The position numbers and the translations under genes are program-made. Positions 26,793-36,974 of a stretch of 64,000 nt of DNA are shown here, piece by piece. Every line of letters begins with the position of its first letter. Position 1 is the first letter of the stretch. The stretch is from Burkholderiaceae bacterium (GTDB taxonomy: Bacteria > Pseudomonadota > Gammaproteobacteria > Burkholderiales > Burkholderiaceae_F): contig DASPPB010000014.1 in assembly GCA_035625725.1 (NCBI GenBank), positions 3,672 through 67,671 of the forward strand, written 5' to 3'. The notes under the pieces are model-generated. The model did no database searches. It was given only the letters and a program-made list of their open reading frames with translations, and was not told where the DNA came from.

Positions 26793-28733
26793 ATGGCATT
26801 GCCTTCCGACACGGCCCGGGGCGAGGGCGGCGGTGAAGCCGGCGCTGTGGCGTCGCCGCCCGCGGTGCGCCTGACGAGCGCGCGCCCGGCCCTGGGAGCG
26901 GCTCAGGGAACGCTGATTCTGGGAGCGCTGGGCGTCGTCTACGGCGATATCGGAACGAGCCCGCTATATACGTTAAAGACGGCCTACGAGGCCGCAGGTG
27001 GCGCCTCTGCCGAGATTGCCCTGGGCCTGCTGTCTTTGATTGTCTGGACCTTGATCATCGTTACGTCGGTAAAGTACGTGGCGCTGGTCATGCGTGCCGA
27101 CAACGACGGGGAGGGCGGAATCCTCGCGCTCATGGCGCACCTGGCCTTCAAGGGCCGCGAGCGACCCCTTGTGGTGGGCATCGGCGTGCTGGGGGCCGCC
27201 ATGCTCTATGGCGACGGGGCCATCACGCCGGCCATCTCCGTATTGAGCGCGCTCGAGGGCCTGAAGCTGCCCGCGCCCGCTGTGGGACCGTTCGTCTTGC
27301 CCCTTGCGGTGCTGGTGTTGCTTGCTTTGTTCGCATTTCAGCGTCACGGCACATCCGTGATCGGACGACTCTTCGGCCCCATCATGGTCGTATGGTTCCT
27401 TTGCATTGCCGCGCTCGGCATTGCATCGGTTGTGCTGCGGCCGACGGTTTTGCGGGCCTTGTGGCCGGGCTACGCGGTGCAGTACCTTGGCACGCATGGA
27501 TTTACGGGTTTTTCGGTTCTCGGCTCGGTTTTTCTGTGTGCGACCGGCGCCGAGGCCCTATATGCGGACATGGGCCACTTCGGTGCGCGACCCATTCGGC
27601 TTGGTTGGTACTGGCTGGTATTCCCGTCGCTGGTTTTGAGTTACGCGGGCCAGACCGCGCTGGTACTCGAGCGGGGCGTGCAGCGTGACGACAACCCCTT
27701 TTTTCTTCTCGCCCCCGGGTGGGCTCAGTTGCCTTTGGTCGGCCTGGCCACGGCGGCCACCATCATCGCCAGCCAAGCGATCATCAGCGGGGTCTTTTCT
27801 ATGACCCGCCAGGCGATCCAACTCGACTTGTGTCCCCGCCTGAGTGTGACGCAGACCTCGGAAGTCGGCTACGGCCAGATCTACATTGGCGTGGTCAACT
27901 GGCTGTTGGCTCTGTTTACGCTTGGCCTGGCTTTGGGCTTTGGCTCCTCGGACAACCTCTCCGCAGCCTATGGGATAGCGGTATCGATCACGATGCTGCT
28001 CACGACCTTGCTGATGTTTCGTGTCATGCACGAACAGTGGCGTTGGCGCCTTGGGCTGGTCATCGCCATCGCGGTGCCCTTGTTTCTCGTCGACTCGTCC
28101 TTTGCCGCGGCCAACTTGACGAAAGTGCGCGAGGGCGGCTGGGTACCGCTGGTGGCCGGGGCGGGCATTTACTTCCTGATGCAGGCTTGGCGAACAGGGC
28201 GCAAGGCGATGCTGCGACAGCTCGAGCGCGAGACCTTGCCGCTTTCCGTGTTCCTGAGTTCGTTGCAAGACATTCCCCGGGTTCCGGGAACCGCCGTGTA
28301 CCTCGCCCGCCGGCTCGACATCGTCCCGCTCGCGCTGCTGCACAGCCTCAAGCACTACGCCGTCTTGCACGAGCGCAACGTCCTGCTGCACGTGCTCACC
28401 GAACAGGCGCCGCGGGTGGCCGCGCGCGATCGCATGCAGATCAGCACTTTGGGGCCGGGTTTTTATCGGATCGTATTGCGCTACGGTTTCATGGAGTACC
28501 CGGACCTTCCGGTTGCTCTGGCGCATTGTTCGCTTGATGCACAGGGCTTCGACATGATGCGAACGACATTTTTCTTGTCGCGCGAGACGGTGGAGCGCAA
28601 ACCCGGGCGGCGCCTCCAGGGCGTTGCACGCCGCCTCTTCACCTGGATGCACCGCAACGCCACCGATGCCACCGAGTTCTTCCGCATCCCGCGCAATCGC
28701 ATCGTCGAGCTCGGCGCGCGCATCGAGCTTTGA
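26793..28733 (+). CDS. kup: KUP/HAK/KT potassium transporter
   Basis: From ATG 26793: GALGVVYGDIGTSPLYTLK hallmark. About 12 TM helices plus a cytoplasmic C-terminal domain. Confidence 0.9.
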   Translation: MALPSDTARGEGGGEAGAVASPPAVRLTSARPALGAAQGTLILGALGVVYGDIGTSPLYTLKTAYEAAGGASAEIALGLLSLIVWTLIIVTSVKYVALVMRADNDGEGGILALMAHLAFKGRERPLVVGIGVLGAAMLYGDGAITPAISVLSALEGLKLPAPAVGPFVLPLAVLVLLALFAFQRHGTSVIGRLFGPIMVVWFLCIAALGIASVVLRPTVLRALWPGYAVQYLGTHGFTGFSVLGSVFLCATGAEALYADMGHFGARPIRLGWYWLVFPSLVLSYAGQTALVLERGVQRDDNPFFLLAPGWAQLPLVGLATAATIIASQAIISGVFSMTRQAIQLDLCPRLSVTQTSEVGYGQIYIGVVNWLLALFTLGLALGFGSSDNLSAAYGIAVSITMLLTTLLMFRVMHEQWRWRLGLVIAIAVPLFLVDSSFAAANLTKVREGGWVPLVAGAGIYFLMQAWRTGRKAMLRQLERETLPLSVFLSSLQDIPRVPGTAVYLARRLDIVPLALLHSLKHYAVLHERNVLLHVLTEQAPRVAARDRMQISTLGPGFYRIVLRYGFMEYPDLPVALAHCSLDAQGFDMMRTTFFLSRETVERKPGRRLQGVARRLFTWMHRNATDATEFFRIPRNRIVELGARIEL

Positions 28734-28809
28734 CCCCGGCGCGAGTCTGCGCTGCGGCAACCGGCGCACCTTATAATTCAACCAGTTGCGAATTTCTGCG
28801 AGTCCCGCG

Positions 28810-29178
28810 ATGCCGATTTACGCCTACAAGTGCTCGAGCTGCCAGCACGAGCTCGACGTGCTACAGAAAATCTCCGATGCCCCGCTTAGCATTTGCCCGC
28901 GCTGCGGTGCGGCCACTTTTTTCAAGCAGCTCACCGCCGCGGGCTTCCAACTCAAGGGAAGCGGCTGGTATGTGACGGACTTTAAGAACCGTCCCGAGCC
29001 CGAAGCCAAGCCGGGGAAAAAGTCCGACGAGGTCAAGCCGGGCGCCGCAACGGAGCAGACCAAAGCGGCCGAGACCGCCTCGACGCCCTCCCAGGAGTCG
29101 GCGGCTGCCAAACCGTCCGCACCTGCCAATGCGGCTTCCGCACCGCGCGATGCGGGCGGTGGCTCGACGGCCAGTTGA
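28810..29178 (+). CDS. FmdB-family zinc-ribbon protein
   Basis: MPIYAYKCSSCQHELDVLQKISDAPLSICPRCG (CxxC...CxxC), followed by a low-complexity tail. Confidence 0.8.
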   Translation: MPIYAYKCSSCQHELDVLQKISDAPLSICPRCGAATFFKQLTAAGFQLKGSGWYVTDFKNRPEPEAKPGKKSDEVKPGAATEQTKAAETASTPSQESAAAKPSAPANAASAPRDAGGGSTAS

Positions 29179-29208
29179 CCGGCTCGGACCAAAGGCGGGA
29201 CTGCGCCG

Positions 29209-29856
29209 ATGTTCAAGCGCTACCTCATGACGGGCCTGCTGGTGTGGGTTCCGCTCGCGCTGACGCTGTGGATCCTGGACTTTGTCATCACGTTCATGGA
29301 TCCGATCGTATTGCGCCTGCCGCCGGCCCTGCGACCCGAGCAATGGTTGGGGTTTCGGGTGCCGGGGTCTGGGCTGGTGCTGGCCGCGATCATCGTCTTT
29401 CTGACGGGCATGCTCGCGGCCAACATCATTGGGCAGCGATTTGTGGTTTGGTGGGAAGCGATGCTCGGCCGGATCCCCATCGTATCGAGCATCTATCGCA
29501 GCGTGAAGCAGGTGTCGGACACCCTGTTGGCGCAAAACGGGCATTCGTTTCGCCGAGCGGTGCTGGTTGAATTCCCGCAGCGCGGACAGTGGGCCGTCGG
29601 ATTCGTTGTCGGGGCTGCCGGAACGCGGATCGCCAAGCACCTTTCGGCCCAGTCGCTAACGGTGTACGTACCGACTGCACCGAACCCGACGTCGGGCTAT
29701 ACACTCATTTTGCCGGCGAGCGAAGTGCACGATGTCGAGATGAGCGTGGATGAGGCGCTGAAGTTCGTCATTTCGATGGGCGTCGTGGTGCCTCCAGCGT
29801 CTGCCCGACCGCACTCCTTGCCGCCGGCCGCCGCCGATTCCATCGGCAAGGTCTAG
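29209..29856 (+). CDS. DUF502 domain membrane protein
   Basis: MFKRYLMTGLLVWVPLALTLWIL ... PIVSSIYRSVKQV ... PTAPNPTSGY pattern. Conserved position between fmdB and aspS. Confidence 0.8.
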   Translation: MFKRYLMTGLLVWVPLALTLWILDFVITFMDPIVLRLPPALRPEQWLGFRVPGSGLVLAAIIVFLTGMLAANIIGQRFVVWWEAMLGRIPIVSSIYRSVKQVSDTLLAQNGHSFRRAVLVEFPQRGQWAVGFVVGAAGTRIAKHLSAQSLTVYVPTAPNPTSGYTLILPASEVHDVEMSVDEALKFVISMGVVVPPASARPHSLPPAAADSIGKV

Positions 29857-29929
29857 TCCTTGACCTGCCCGAATTTGTCGGCCCGGCCGGAGCTGGGTAT
29901 TCATCGGATACGCACCTGACGGAGAACTT

Positions 29930-31729
29930 ATGCGCACGGAGTACTGCGGCTTGGTTGACGAACGCTACATCGGCCGCGAGGTGACGCTGTACGGCTGGGT
30001 GCATCGTCGGCGCGACCACGGGGGCGTGATTTTTATCGACCTGCGCGATCGCGAGGGGATCATTCAGATCGTGTGCGATCCGGATTTGCCGGAGATGTTC
30101 CGCCGAGCCGAGACGCTGCGCAGCGAATACTGCGTGTCGATCTCGGGTCTGGTGCGCGCCCGGCCGGCCGGGACTACAAATGCTGCACTCACCTCGGGCG
30201 GTGTCGAGGTGCTGTGCCGCCAACTGGCCGTTCTCAACCCTTCGCTTCCACCACCGTTTTTGCTCGACGACGATGAGCTTTCGGAGACGACGCGTCTGAC
30301 GCACCGCGTGCTGGATCTGCGACGCCCCGCGATGCAACAGAATCTGCGTCTTCGCTATCGGGTCGCCATGGCGGTGCGCCGCTATCTCGATTCGAAAGGC
30401 TTTCTGGACATTGAGACACCGATGCTCACCAAGAGCACGCCGGAGGGTGCGCGCGACTATCTCGTGCCATCGCGCGTTCACGAGGGAATGTTCTTTGCGC
30501 TGCCGCAGTCACCGCAACTGTTCAAGCAGTTGCTCATGGTTGCCGGCTACGACCGGTATTACCAGATCGTCAAGTGCTTTCGCGACGAGGACCTGCGCGC
30601 GGACCGCCAGCCCGAATTTACGCAAATTGATATCGAGACTTCGTTTCTCGACGAGCAGCAGATCCGCGAGCTCATGGAAGCCATGATTCGCGACGTTTTT
30701 CGCGAAGTGCTCGGTGCCGCGCTTCCGCACCCTTTTCCCGTGATGCGCCATGCCGAGGCGATGGAGCGCTTTGGCTCCGACAAGCCCGATCTCCGGGTCA
30801 AGCTGCAACTCACGGACTTGACCGACGTGATGAAGGACGTCGATTTCAACATCTTTCGCTCGGCTGCCGGCCTCAAGGACGGCCGGGTGGCCGCGCTGCT
30901 CGTTCCGGGCGGTGGCGCGCTGGCGCGCTCGGAAATCGACGCCTACACCCAGTACGTCGCAATCTACGGAGCCAAAGGTCTGGCATACATCAAGGTGAAC
31001 CAGCGCGCGCAAGGTCGCGAGGGTCTGCAATCGCCGATCGTGAAGAGTCTGCACGACAGGGCGCTTGCGGCCATTGTCGAGCGCACCGGGGCGCGCGACG
31101 GGGATTTAATCTTCTTTGGCGCCGATCGCTCCAAAATTGTGGCCGACAGTCTGGGTGCGCTGCGCACGCGCATCGGCCACTCCGAATTCGGCCACCAGCG
31201 CGGTCTGTTCGAGGCGGGATGGCAGCCGCTGTGGGTCATCGATTTTCCCATGTTCGAGTTCGATGAAGACGAGCGGCGCTGGGTTGCCGCCCATCACCCC
31301 TTCACTGCACCCAAGGACGGCCACGAGGATTTGCTCGAGACCGATCCGGGTCGATGCCTGGCAAAAGCCTACGACCTGGCCCTCAACGGCTGGGAGATCG
31401 GCGGCGGCTCGGTGCGCATCCATCGCGAGGAGATCCAAAGCAAGGTGTTCCGTGCCCTGAAAATTGGCCCCGAAGAGGCGCGCAGCAAGTTCGGGTTTCT
31501 GCTCGATGCCTTGCGCTACGGCGCGCCGCCCCACGGGGGAATCGCCTTTGGCCTGGACCGGATCGTGACCATGATGGCCGGTGCCGAGTCCATACGCGAC
31601 GTCATCGCCTTCCCCAAGACCCAGCGCGCCCAGTGCCTGCTCACGCAGGCGCCTTCGCCCGTTGATGAGAAGCAGCTGCGCGAGCTGCACATTCGTTTGC
31701 GCCATGCCGAGCCCAAGCCGATGTCGTAG
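29930..31729 (+). CDS. aspS: aspartate--tRNA ligase
   Basis: 599 aa. Class II aaRS with N-terminal OB fold ([23 protein letters not shown]), [11 protein letters not shown], and GGSVRIH ... GGIAFGLDR. Confidence 0.95.
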   Translation: MRTEYCGLVDERYIGREVTLYGWVHRRRDHGGVIFIDLRDREGIIQIVCDPDLPEMFRRAETLRSEYCVSISGLVRARPAGTTNAALTSGGVEVLCRQLAVLNPSLPPPFLLDDDELSETTRLTHRVLDLRRPAMQQNLRLRYRVAMAVRRYLDSKGFLDIETPMLTKSTPEGARDYLVPSRVHEGMFFALPQSPQLFKQLLMVAGYDRYYQIVKCFRDEDLRADRQPEFTQIDIETSFLDEQQIRELMEAMIRDVFREVLGAALPHPFPVMRHAEAMERFGSDKPDLRVKLQLTDLTDVMKDVDFNIFRSAAGLKDGRVAALLVPGGGALARSEIDAYTQYVAIYGAKGLAYIKVNQRAQGREGLQSPIVKSLHDRALAAIVERTGARDGDLIFFGADRSKIVADSLGALRTRIGHSEFGHQRGLFEAGWQPLWVIDFPMFEFDEDERRWVAAHHPFTAPKDGHEDLLETDPGRCLAKAYDLALNGWEIGGGSVRIHREEIQSKVFRALKIGPEEARSKFGFLLDALRYGAPPHGGIAFGLDRIVTMMAGAESIRDVIAFPKTQRAQCLLTQAPSPVDEKQLRELHIRLRHAEPKPMS

Positions 31730-31762
31730 CGGGGCGCGGCACCCGGCGACCGGCTGCCAGCC

Positions 31763-32560
31763 ATGAAGCCAATAAAGTTACGAGTCGCGACCTACAACAT
31801 TCACAAGGGAGTGACGACTTTCCGCCGGCGCTCGCGCGTGGCCGAGCTGCGTTCGGCGCTGCACCGCATCGACGCCGACCTGGTCTTCTTGCAGGAGGTG
31901 CAGGAGCGCAACGAGCCGTTTGCGCGCACCGGGGCGGAGCGTTGGCGCTCGGGGCAGCTCGATGCATTGGCCTCCAGCGGATACGAGCATCGTGCCTACG
32001 GAATCAACGCCGTGTACGCGCACGGTCACCATGGCAATGCCATTCTCTCGCGCTGGTCGATCGAACACTTCGCCAACCACGATATCTCGGACCACATGCT
32101 GGAGCGCCGCGGCATGCTCCACGCCGTGGCGCGCATGCCGGGTAAAGGATCGCGCGGCATTCACCTGATTTGCGCGCACTTCGGACTCGCCAAGCGCAGC
32201 CGCATGCGCCAGGCCGAGTGGGTGGCCCGATTCATCGAGCGCGAGATTCCCCCCGCAGCGCCCCTGATTTTGGCGGGCGATTTCAACGACTGGCAGCGCG
32301 GAGTCGACGCCCAGCTGCGGCAGCGCCTGAGCATGCGCGAAGTCTGTGACGAGATGCAGGCGACGGCCTGGCTGGGGGGGCTGCTGCCATGGCGCAGGCC
32401 CTTGCAGGTCGCACGAACTTTTCCGAGTCTCGTTCCGTTTCTTACACTCGACCGCATCTACGTGCGCGGACTGCGTGCACGCGGCGCGTTGGTGCCGCGC
32501 GGCCGCTCCTGGGCCCGATGTTCGGATCATGCCCCGCTCATCGCCGACCTGGAGCTCTGA
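31763..32560 (+). CDS. endonuclease/exonuclease/phosphatase (EEP) family protein (YbhP-like)
   Basis: VATYNIHKG ... DLVFLQEV ... SDHAPLIADLEL. The stop overlaps the clsB ATG (TGATG). Confidence 0.8.
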   Translation: MKPIKLRVATYNIHKGVTTFRRRSRVAELRSALHRIDADLVFLQEVQERNEPFARTGAERWRSGQLDALASSGYEHRAYGINAVYAHGHHGNAILSRWSIEHFANHDISDHMLERRGMLHAVARMPGKGSRGIHLICAHFGLAKRSRMRQAEWVARFIEREIPPAAPLILAGDFNDWQRGVDAQLRQRLSMREVCDEMQATAWLGGLLPWRRPLQVARTFPSLVPFLTLDRIYVRGLRARGALVPRGRSWARCSDHAPLIADLEL

Positions 32561-33789
32561 TGCGCGCGTCATCGGGCGCGATAGCAAGAAGAATTGCCGG
32601 CACCTTGCGACCGCTCATGCGGCCGCATTTCACGGACGGTAACCGCATTCGGCTGCTCGGCTCGGCCCAGCACTACTTCCCGGAACTGCTCGCGGCGATC
32701 GCAGGCGCCCGACGTCTTGTGCACCTGGAGACGTACATTTTCGCCGACGACGATGTCGGTCGCAGCGTGGTCGACGCGCTTGCCGCGGCGGCACGACGCG
32801 GGCTGGAGGTGCGGGTGCTCATCGACGGTTTCGGCGGCGGCGAATTCGCGCGGCAGCTTGCCGTGCGCCTCCCGGAAGACGGGGTTCAGGTGCGTATCTA
32901 CCGTCCACAGCGCTGGTGGCGGCCGAGGCGCCAGCTACTGCGGCGCATGCACCGCAAGCTCGTCGTGGTTGACGATCGCCTCGCCTTCCTGGGCGGGATC
33001 AACATCGACGACAACCCGCTGCGCGACGAGTTCACCGGTGAGCCGATCGGGCCGCGCTTTGACATCGCCGTCGAATGCGAGGGGCCGATCGTCGCGGCCA
33101 TCGCGACGGCCATGCGGCGCCTGTGGTGGGGGGTGGCCGTGGCCAACTGGCGCGAGATCTCCGAACCTCCGCCGCGCCGAGTGCGCCCCCCCCGCCCCTT
33201 GCAAGGAGGGGTGCGCGCGGCCCTCCTGCTGCGCGATAACTTTCGCAATCGGCGCAGTATTGAGCACAGCTACCTCGGGTCGCTGCGCGCCGCGCGGCGC
33301 CAGATTTTGTTGGCGAGCGCCTATTTTTTACCCGGCCGCCGCTTTCGCGGCGCCCTGGTCCGTGCGGCCCGTCGAGGCGTGCGCGTGCGTCTGTTGCTGC
33401 AAGGGCGGGTCGAATATCGGCTGCAGCATTATGCGCAGCGCGCGCTCTACGGCCAGCTGCTTGCCGCCGGCATCGAGATCTACGAGTACCGGCGTAGCTA
33501 CCTGCATGCCAAGGCGGCGGTGGTCGACGAGGACTGGGCCACGGTAGGCTCGAGCAATATCGATCCGCTGAGCTTGCTCCTGGCGCGCGAGGCCAACGTG
33601 GTCGTGCGCGCGCGTGAGTTTGCCGAGGAATTGCGCGGGCTTATCGAGTCGGCCATGGGCGACGGCGCGCGCCTTCTGCACGCCTCGGATTTCGCCCGCC
33701 GCTCGTGGCCCGAGCGAGTGCGCGATTGGATCGCCTACGGTTTGGTGCGAGCGGCAACCGTTGTGCTGGCTCGCGGAAACAATTACTGA
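32560..33789 (+). CDS. clsB: cardiolipin synthase ClsB
   Basis: Two HKD motifs (HRKLVVVDD and LHAKAAVVDE). ATG 32560 is coupled to the EEP gene, as in E. coli ybhP-clsB. Confidence 0.85.
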   Translation: MRASSGAIARRIAGTLRPLMRPHFTDGNRIRLLGSAQHYFPELLAAIAGARRLVHLETYIFADDDVGRSVVDALAAAARRGLEVRVLIDGFGGGEFARQLAVRLPEDGVQVRIYRPQRWWRPRRQLLRRMHRKLVVVDDRLAFLGGINIDDNPLRDEFTGEPIGPRFDIAVECEGPIVAAIATAMRRLWWGVAVANWREISEPPPRRVRPPRPLQGGVRAALLLRDNFRNRRSIEHSYLGSLRAARRQILLASAYFLPGRRFRGALVRAARRGVRVRLLLQGRVEYRLQHYAQRALYGQLLAAGIEIYEYRRSYLHAKAAVVDEDWATVGSSNIDPLSLLLAREANVVVRAREFAEELRGLIESAMGDGARLLHASDFARRSWPERVRDWIAYGLVRAATVVLARGNNY

Positions 33790-35363
33790 CGACGGCGAAG
33801 CAGCACGATCGGCCCCTCGGCGTACAGCACGTCGGCCGACACGCTCGGGTCGAACCGATCGGTACGCGTGAGCGCCATTTCTCCCGGTGCGGGGGGGCGT
33901 GCGGGTGTGATCTCTCGGCGATAGACACTGAAGCTAGGGGCGGCGATCTGCCACTGCACAACGGTGCCCGGCAATTGGGCCGCCACCTGTCCCGCGTGTT
34001 TCACGGGACCGTTGAGCATTTCTCCCGCCCAGGGAATCAACCCCCAGCCCAAGGCCAGCGCCAGCGCCCCGCTTGCGGCCAGCGCCCTGCGCAATGGCGG
34101 CCCGGCGCGGTACGCAAGCAAGCCCAGGGCCGCCAAGGCGCCGGCCAGCGTGAGCGCGTAGTAGGCGTAGTGGGAGCGGGTCGCGATCGTCGTTGCCCTT
34201 GCGGCGAGCGCGGCATAAAAAGCCAGGCGCGGATCGGTGGTCGTCGCACTCAATTCCCGGACGAGCGCAGGCACCAGCGGCAGCGCGAGCAGCAACAGGC
34301 AGGGCAGCCACAACAAGCCGGCGCTTCCGGCGCCCTCCCGGGCCCGACACGCCAGCAAGAGGAACACCGGCGTCATGCCGTAGAGCAGATAATGGGGTAG
34401 CTTGGTGCCCGAGAGCGAAAAAAAGACGAAAACAAAGCCAAACCAGATCACCAAGTAGCGCGCCAAGGGGTCGCGCCAGTCCTCCGGCAGGTGCCGCAGC
34501 GCGCGCAGCAACAGTCCCGACCATGGCAAAAGCAACAATGGCGCAACGGCGAAGTAGTACCACAGGGCGCCGCCGTGCCCCTCGAGGGTGCCGCTAAAGC
34601 GCTCCAGGTTGTGGCGCAGCAAAAAACCATCCACGAATGCGCGGCCATGAAGAATGAGTTGCGCCAGGTACCAGGGTCCGGACAGAGCCAACAGCAGCAG
34701 CCAGCCCAGCGGATCAAACGCCGCGCGTGCCCAGTCGCGCCAACGCCGTGCCATCGCGCAGTAGCCGAGGCTGACAGCGAAGGGGATCAGAATGGCGATG
34801 GGCCCCTTGGTCAGGGTGCCCAGCGCCATCCAAAGGTAGACGCGGCGCAAGGCCACGGGGCGTCCGCTTCCCTCCAAGTGGCGCCAAAGATCGAACATGG
34901 TCGCCGCCAGCAACGCGTTGAGCAGCGCATCGGCGGTAGCTGCCCGGCCCATCGCCATCACGCCCAGGCTCGTCGCCGCAATCCAGCCGGCAAGCAGGGC
35001 GCTATTCGAGCCCAGGCGTGGCGTCGCAAAGCGCACAATGGCCGCAACCCATCCCAGTGCGGCCAGCGCGGAGGGCAGGCGCAGCGCAAACTCGTTGAGC
35101 CCCAACACACTCACGCTCAGGGCCTGCAGCCAGTAGATCAGTATCGGCTTGTCGTAACGGGGCACGCCGTTGAGGGTGGTTGAAACCCAGTCGCCGCTTT
35201 GCAGAATTTCTCGTGTTGCTTCGGAAAAAGCCCCCTCATCCACGTCAAAGAGCGGGTACAGCCCCAGTGTGGGCAACAGCAACAGGGCGCAGGCCAACAG
35301 CAGCCACGCAAGGGCGAAGCGCGGCTCGCCCGGAGTGCGCGCCGTGCTCGCAGGCTGGCTCAC
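33783..35363 (-). CDS. ArnT-like glycosyltransferase (GT39/GT83-type, polyprenyl-phosphate-sugar dependent)
   Basis: The GTG start at 35363 overlaps the PAP2 stop (GTGA). N-terminus: LYPLFDVDEGAFSEATREILQSGDW ... YDKPILIYWLQA ... NEFALRLPSAL. 12 or more TM helices. Confidence 0.8.
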   Translation of the reverse strand: MSQPASTARTPGEPRFALAWLLLACALLLLPTLGLYPLFDVDEGAFSEATREILQSGDWVSTTLNGVPRYDKPILIYWLQALSVSVLGLNEFALRLPSALAALGWVAAIVRFATPRLGSNSALLAGWIAATSLGVMAMGRAATADALLNALLAATMFDLWRHLEGSGRPVALRRVYLWMALGTLTKGPIAILIPFAVSLGYCAMARRWRDWARAAFDPLGWLLLLALSGPWYLAQLILHGRAFVDGFLLRHNLERFSGTLEGHGGALWYYFAVAPLLLLPWSGLLLRALRHLPEDWRDPLARYLVIWFGFVFVFFSLSGTKLPHYLLYGMTPVFLLLACRAREGAGSAGLLWLPCLLLLALPLVPALVRELSATTTDPRLAFYAALAARATTIATRSHYAYYALTLAGALAALGLLAYRAGPPLRRALAASGALALALGWGLIPWAGEMLNGPVKHAGQVAAQLPGTVVQWQIAAPSFSVYRREITPARPPAPGEMALTRTDRFDPSVSADVLYAEGPIVLLRRRQ

Positions 35364-36163
35364 GGGCGGGCTGCACCACTCTGGCGCTCGCGCAGTGCGC
35401 GCCAGAGTGTCGCGACGGCGGTGCCAGCGCCTATGACAACGGCGAGCCATTGCAGCGGCAGCGCAAGGGGATAGCCCGTGTCGGCGGCGGCCAGGGAAGC
35501 GGCACAGGCCAAAACGATCAGGGCCAACGCGATGCGCGCGCTCGCATGGCGCCAGAACGGCCAGCGCTGCGCGGCGAGCGTGCCCGCCAGCGCGGCGAGC
35601 ATTCCGAAGAGCGCCCCCCCGAAAACGTCTGCTGGCCAGTGCGCGCCCACCATCACGCGCGAGGCGGCGGCCAGCAGCGCCGCGCACAGCAAGGCGAGCG
35701 CCGCTAGCGGCCGCTCGCGCAGTCCTTCGGTTCCGAGAACGACCACGGAGGCGACGAGAAAGATCGTAATGGAGTGTCCCGAAGGAAAGGAGTTGTGGCC
35801 GCTCAGAACCGGCCCCTGAATGCGAAAACTCGACAAATCAAGCACGCCGGCAGGCCGCGGTGCAGCCACGAGCCACTTTCCGCAGCGAGAGAATGCCGCG
35901 GCGAGCGGCGTAGCGTACAGGGCCGCGGCCAGCACTTGGGGGGCGCGCCGCAGCAAGGTGGCAAGCAGCATCACGGCAACCAAGCCGTGGCCCAGCAGGG
36001 TCAGGCAACTGGGCACCGACTCGGGCAGCCAGCGCGCGGAGGCGTGGTTGATCGCCAAAAACCACTGGCGATCGATTCCGGTATCCGCGGCCGTTATCGC
36101 CGCGGCCAATGCGCAGGCGGCGGCAAAGCCCAGGAAGAGGCGGAAAACGGGTGCGCGCAGCAT
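35360..36163 (-). CDS. PAP2 family lipid phosphatase
   Basis: All three PAP2 motifs are present: KWLVAAPRP, PSGH and SRVMVGAHWPADV. Polytopic membrane protein. Confidence 0.8.
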   Translation of the reverse strand: MLRAPVFRLFLGFAAACALAAAITAADTGIDRQWFLAINHASARWLPESVPSCLTLLGHGLVAVMLLATLLRRAPQVLAAALYATPLAAAFSRCGKWLVAAPRPAGVLDLSSFRIQGPVLSGHNSFPSGHSITIFLVASVVVLGTEGLRERPLAALALLCAALLAAASRVMVGAHWPADVFGGALFGMLAALAGTLAAQRWPFWRHASARIALALIVLACAASLAAADTGYPLALPLQWLAVVIGAGTAVATLWRALRERQSGAARP

Positions 36164-36352
36164 CGCCGGGCGATTTTACCGGTGCGCTGCCGCAGGTTTT
36201 TCTACAACGCGTGGAGACATCCGCACGATCAGACCTACATGTTGTGTCGATGCCGCTTGCGATGAACAAATTCATGTGCAGCGAACAGACGCATTGCCTC
36301 TGAGAAATGTTGCGTCGACCCAAGAAAATCGAATTTTTCCCTCTGAAAACGC

Positions 36353-36380
36353 TTGATTCTCGTCGCAAATCGCATAGTAT
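36353..36380 (+). promoter_or_regulatory. sigma70-like promoter for the SWIB gene
   Basis: TTGATT (36353-36358), a 16-nt spacer, then TAGTAT (36375-36380). It sits about 94 nt upstream of the ATG, in an AT-richer 310-bp gap. Confidence 0.4.
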
Positions 36381-36473
36381 TGCGGTCACGCAACGAGAGC
36401 GCTCTTTGAGTACCCTCTGCAAGCAACAAGAACGCTGTCGCTGTATTCGTCATTCCCAACCAGGAGATCGTTG

Positions 36474-36851
36474 ATGGCAACTGCCAAGAAGGCAAAGAAA
36501 GCAGCAAAGAAATCCTCGGCCAAGAAGGCCTCGAAGAAAACGGCGAAGAAGGTTGCGAAGAAGGCGCCGGCCAAGAAGGTCGCAAAGAAAAAATCGGCAC
36601 GCAAGCCCAATGCGGCGTTCATGAAGCCGCTCACCCCCGTCGGCCCCTTGGCGGCGGTGATCGGTTCCAACCCGCTGCCGCGCACCGAGGTGACCAGCAA
36701 GATCTGGGCCTATATCAAGAAGAACAAGCTGCAAGACCCGGTGAACCGCCGCAACATCAATGCTGACGACAAGCTGCGCCCGCTGTTTGGCGGCAAGTCG
36801 CAGGTTTCGATGTTCGACCTTACCAAGTTCGTCAGCAAGAACCTCAAGTAA
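36474..36851 (+). CDS. SWIB/MDM2 domain protein with histone-H1-like Lys/Ala-rich N-terminus
   Basis: AGGAGA lies 5 nt before ATG 36474. The first 44 aa contain about 20 Lys (AKKAKKAAKKSSAKKASKKTAKKVAKKAPAKKVAKKK). The C-terminus (LAAVIGSNPLPRTEVTSKIWAYIKKNKLQDPVNRRNINADDKLRPLFG) is a typical SWIB fold sequence. Confidence 0.85.
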   Translation: MATAKKAKKAAKKSSAKKASKKTAKKVAKKAPAKKVAKKKSARKPNAAFMKPLTPVGPLAAVIGSNPLPRTEVTSKIWAYIKKNKLQDPVNRRNINADDKLRPLFGGKSQVSMFDLTKFVSKNLK

Positions 36852-36884
36852 GACCGAGTCGAGCGGGCGGTTGCGCCCACGAAC

Positions 36885-36929
36885 CGGGCCCGTGGAGCCT
36901 TGCGCTGCACGGGCCCGATTTGCTTTTTT
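36885..36929 (+). terminator. rho-independent terminator after the SWIB gene
   Basis: CGGGCCCGTG (36885-36894) pairs with CACGGGCCCG (36908-36917) and is followed by ATTTGCTTTTTT. Confidence 0.65.
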
Positions 36930-36974
36930 GCGTTCCTTCGGCGGGCGATGTCGGCTCTTTGCGCGCCGACGATC

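Noticed and set aside
28772-28777. Perfect TATAAT hexamer 33 nt upstream of the fmdB start
   Set aside because: No acceptable -35 element (TGCGCT at best) lies at 17 bp spacing. That is too weak to report as a promoter without transcript mapping.
32389-32559. Upstream extension of clsB, and similarly 35364-35687 for the ArnT-like gene and 10668-10847 for rsmI
   Set aside because: The extensions overlap neighbouring well-supported genes or encode Arg-rich sequence. Internal starts give canonical N-termini and 4-nt start/stop overlaps.
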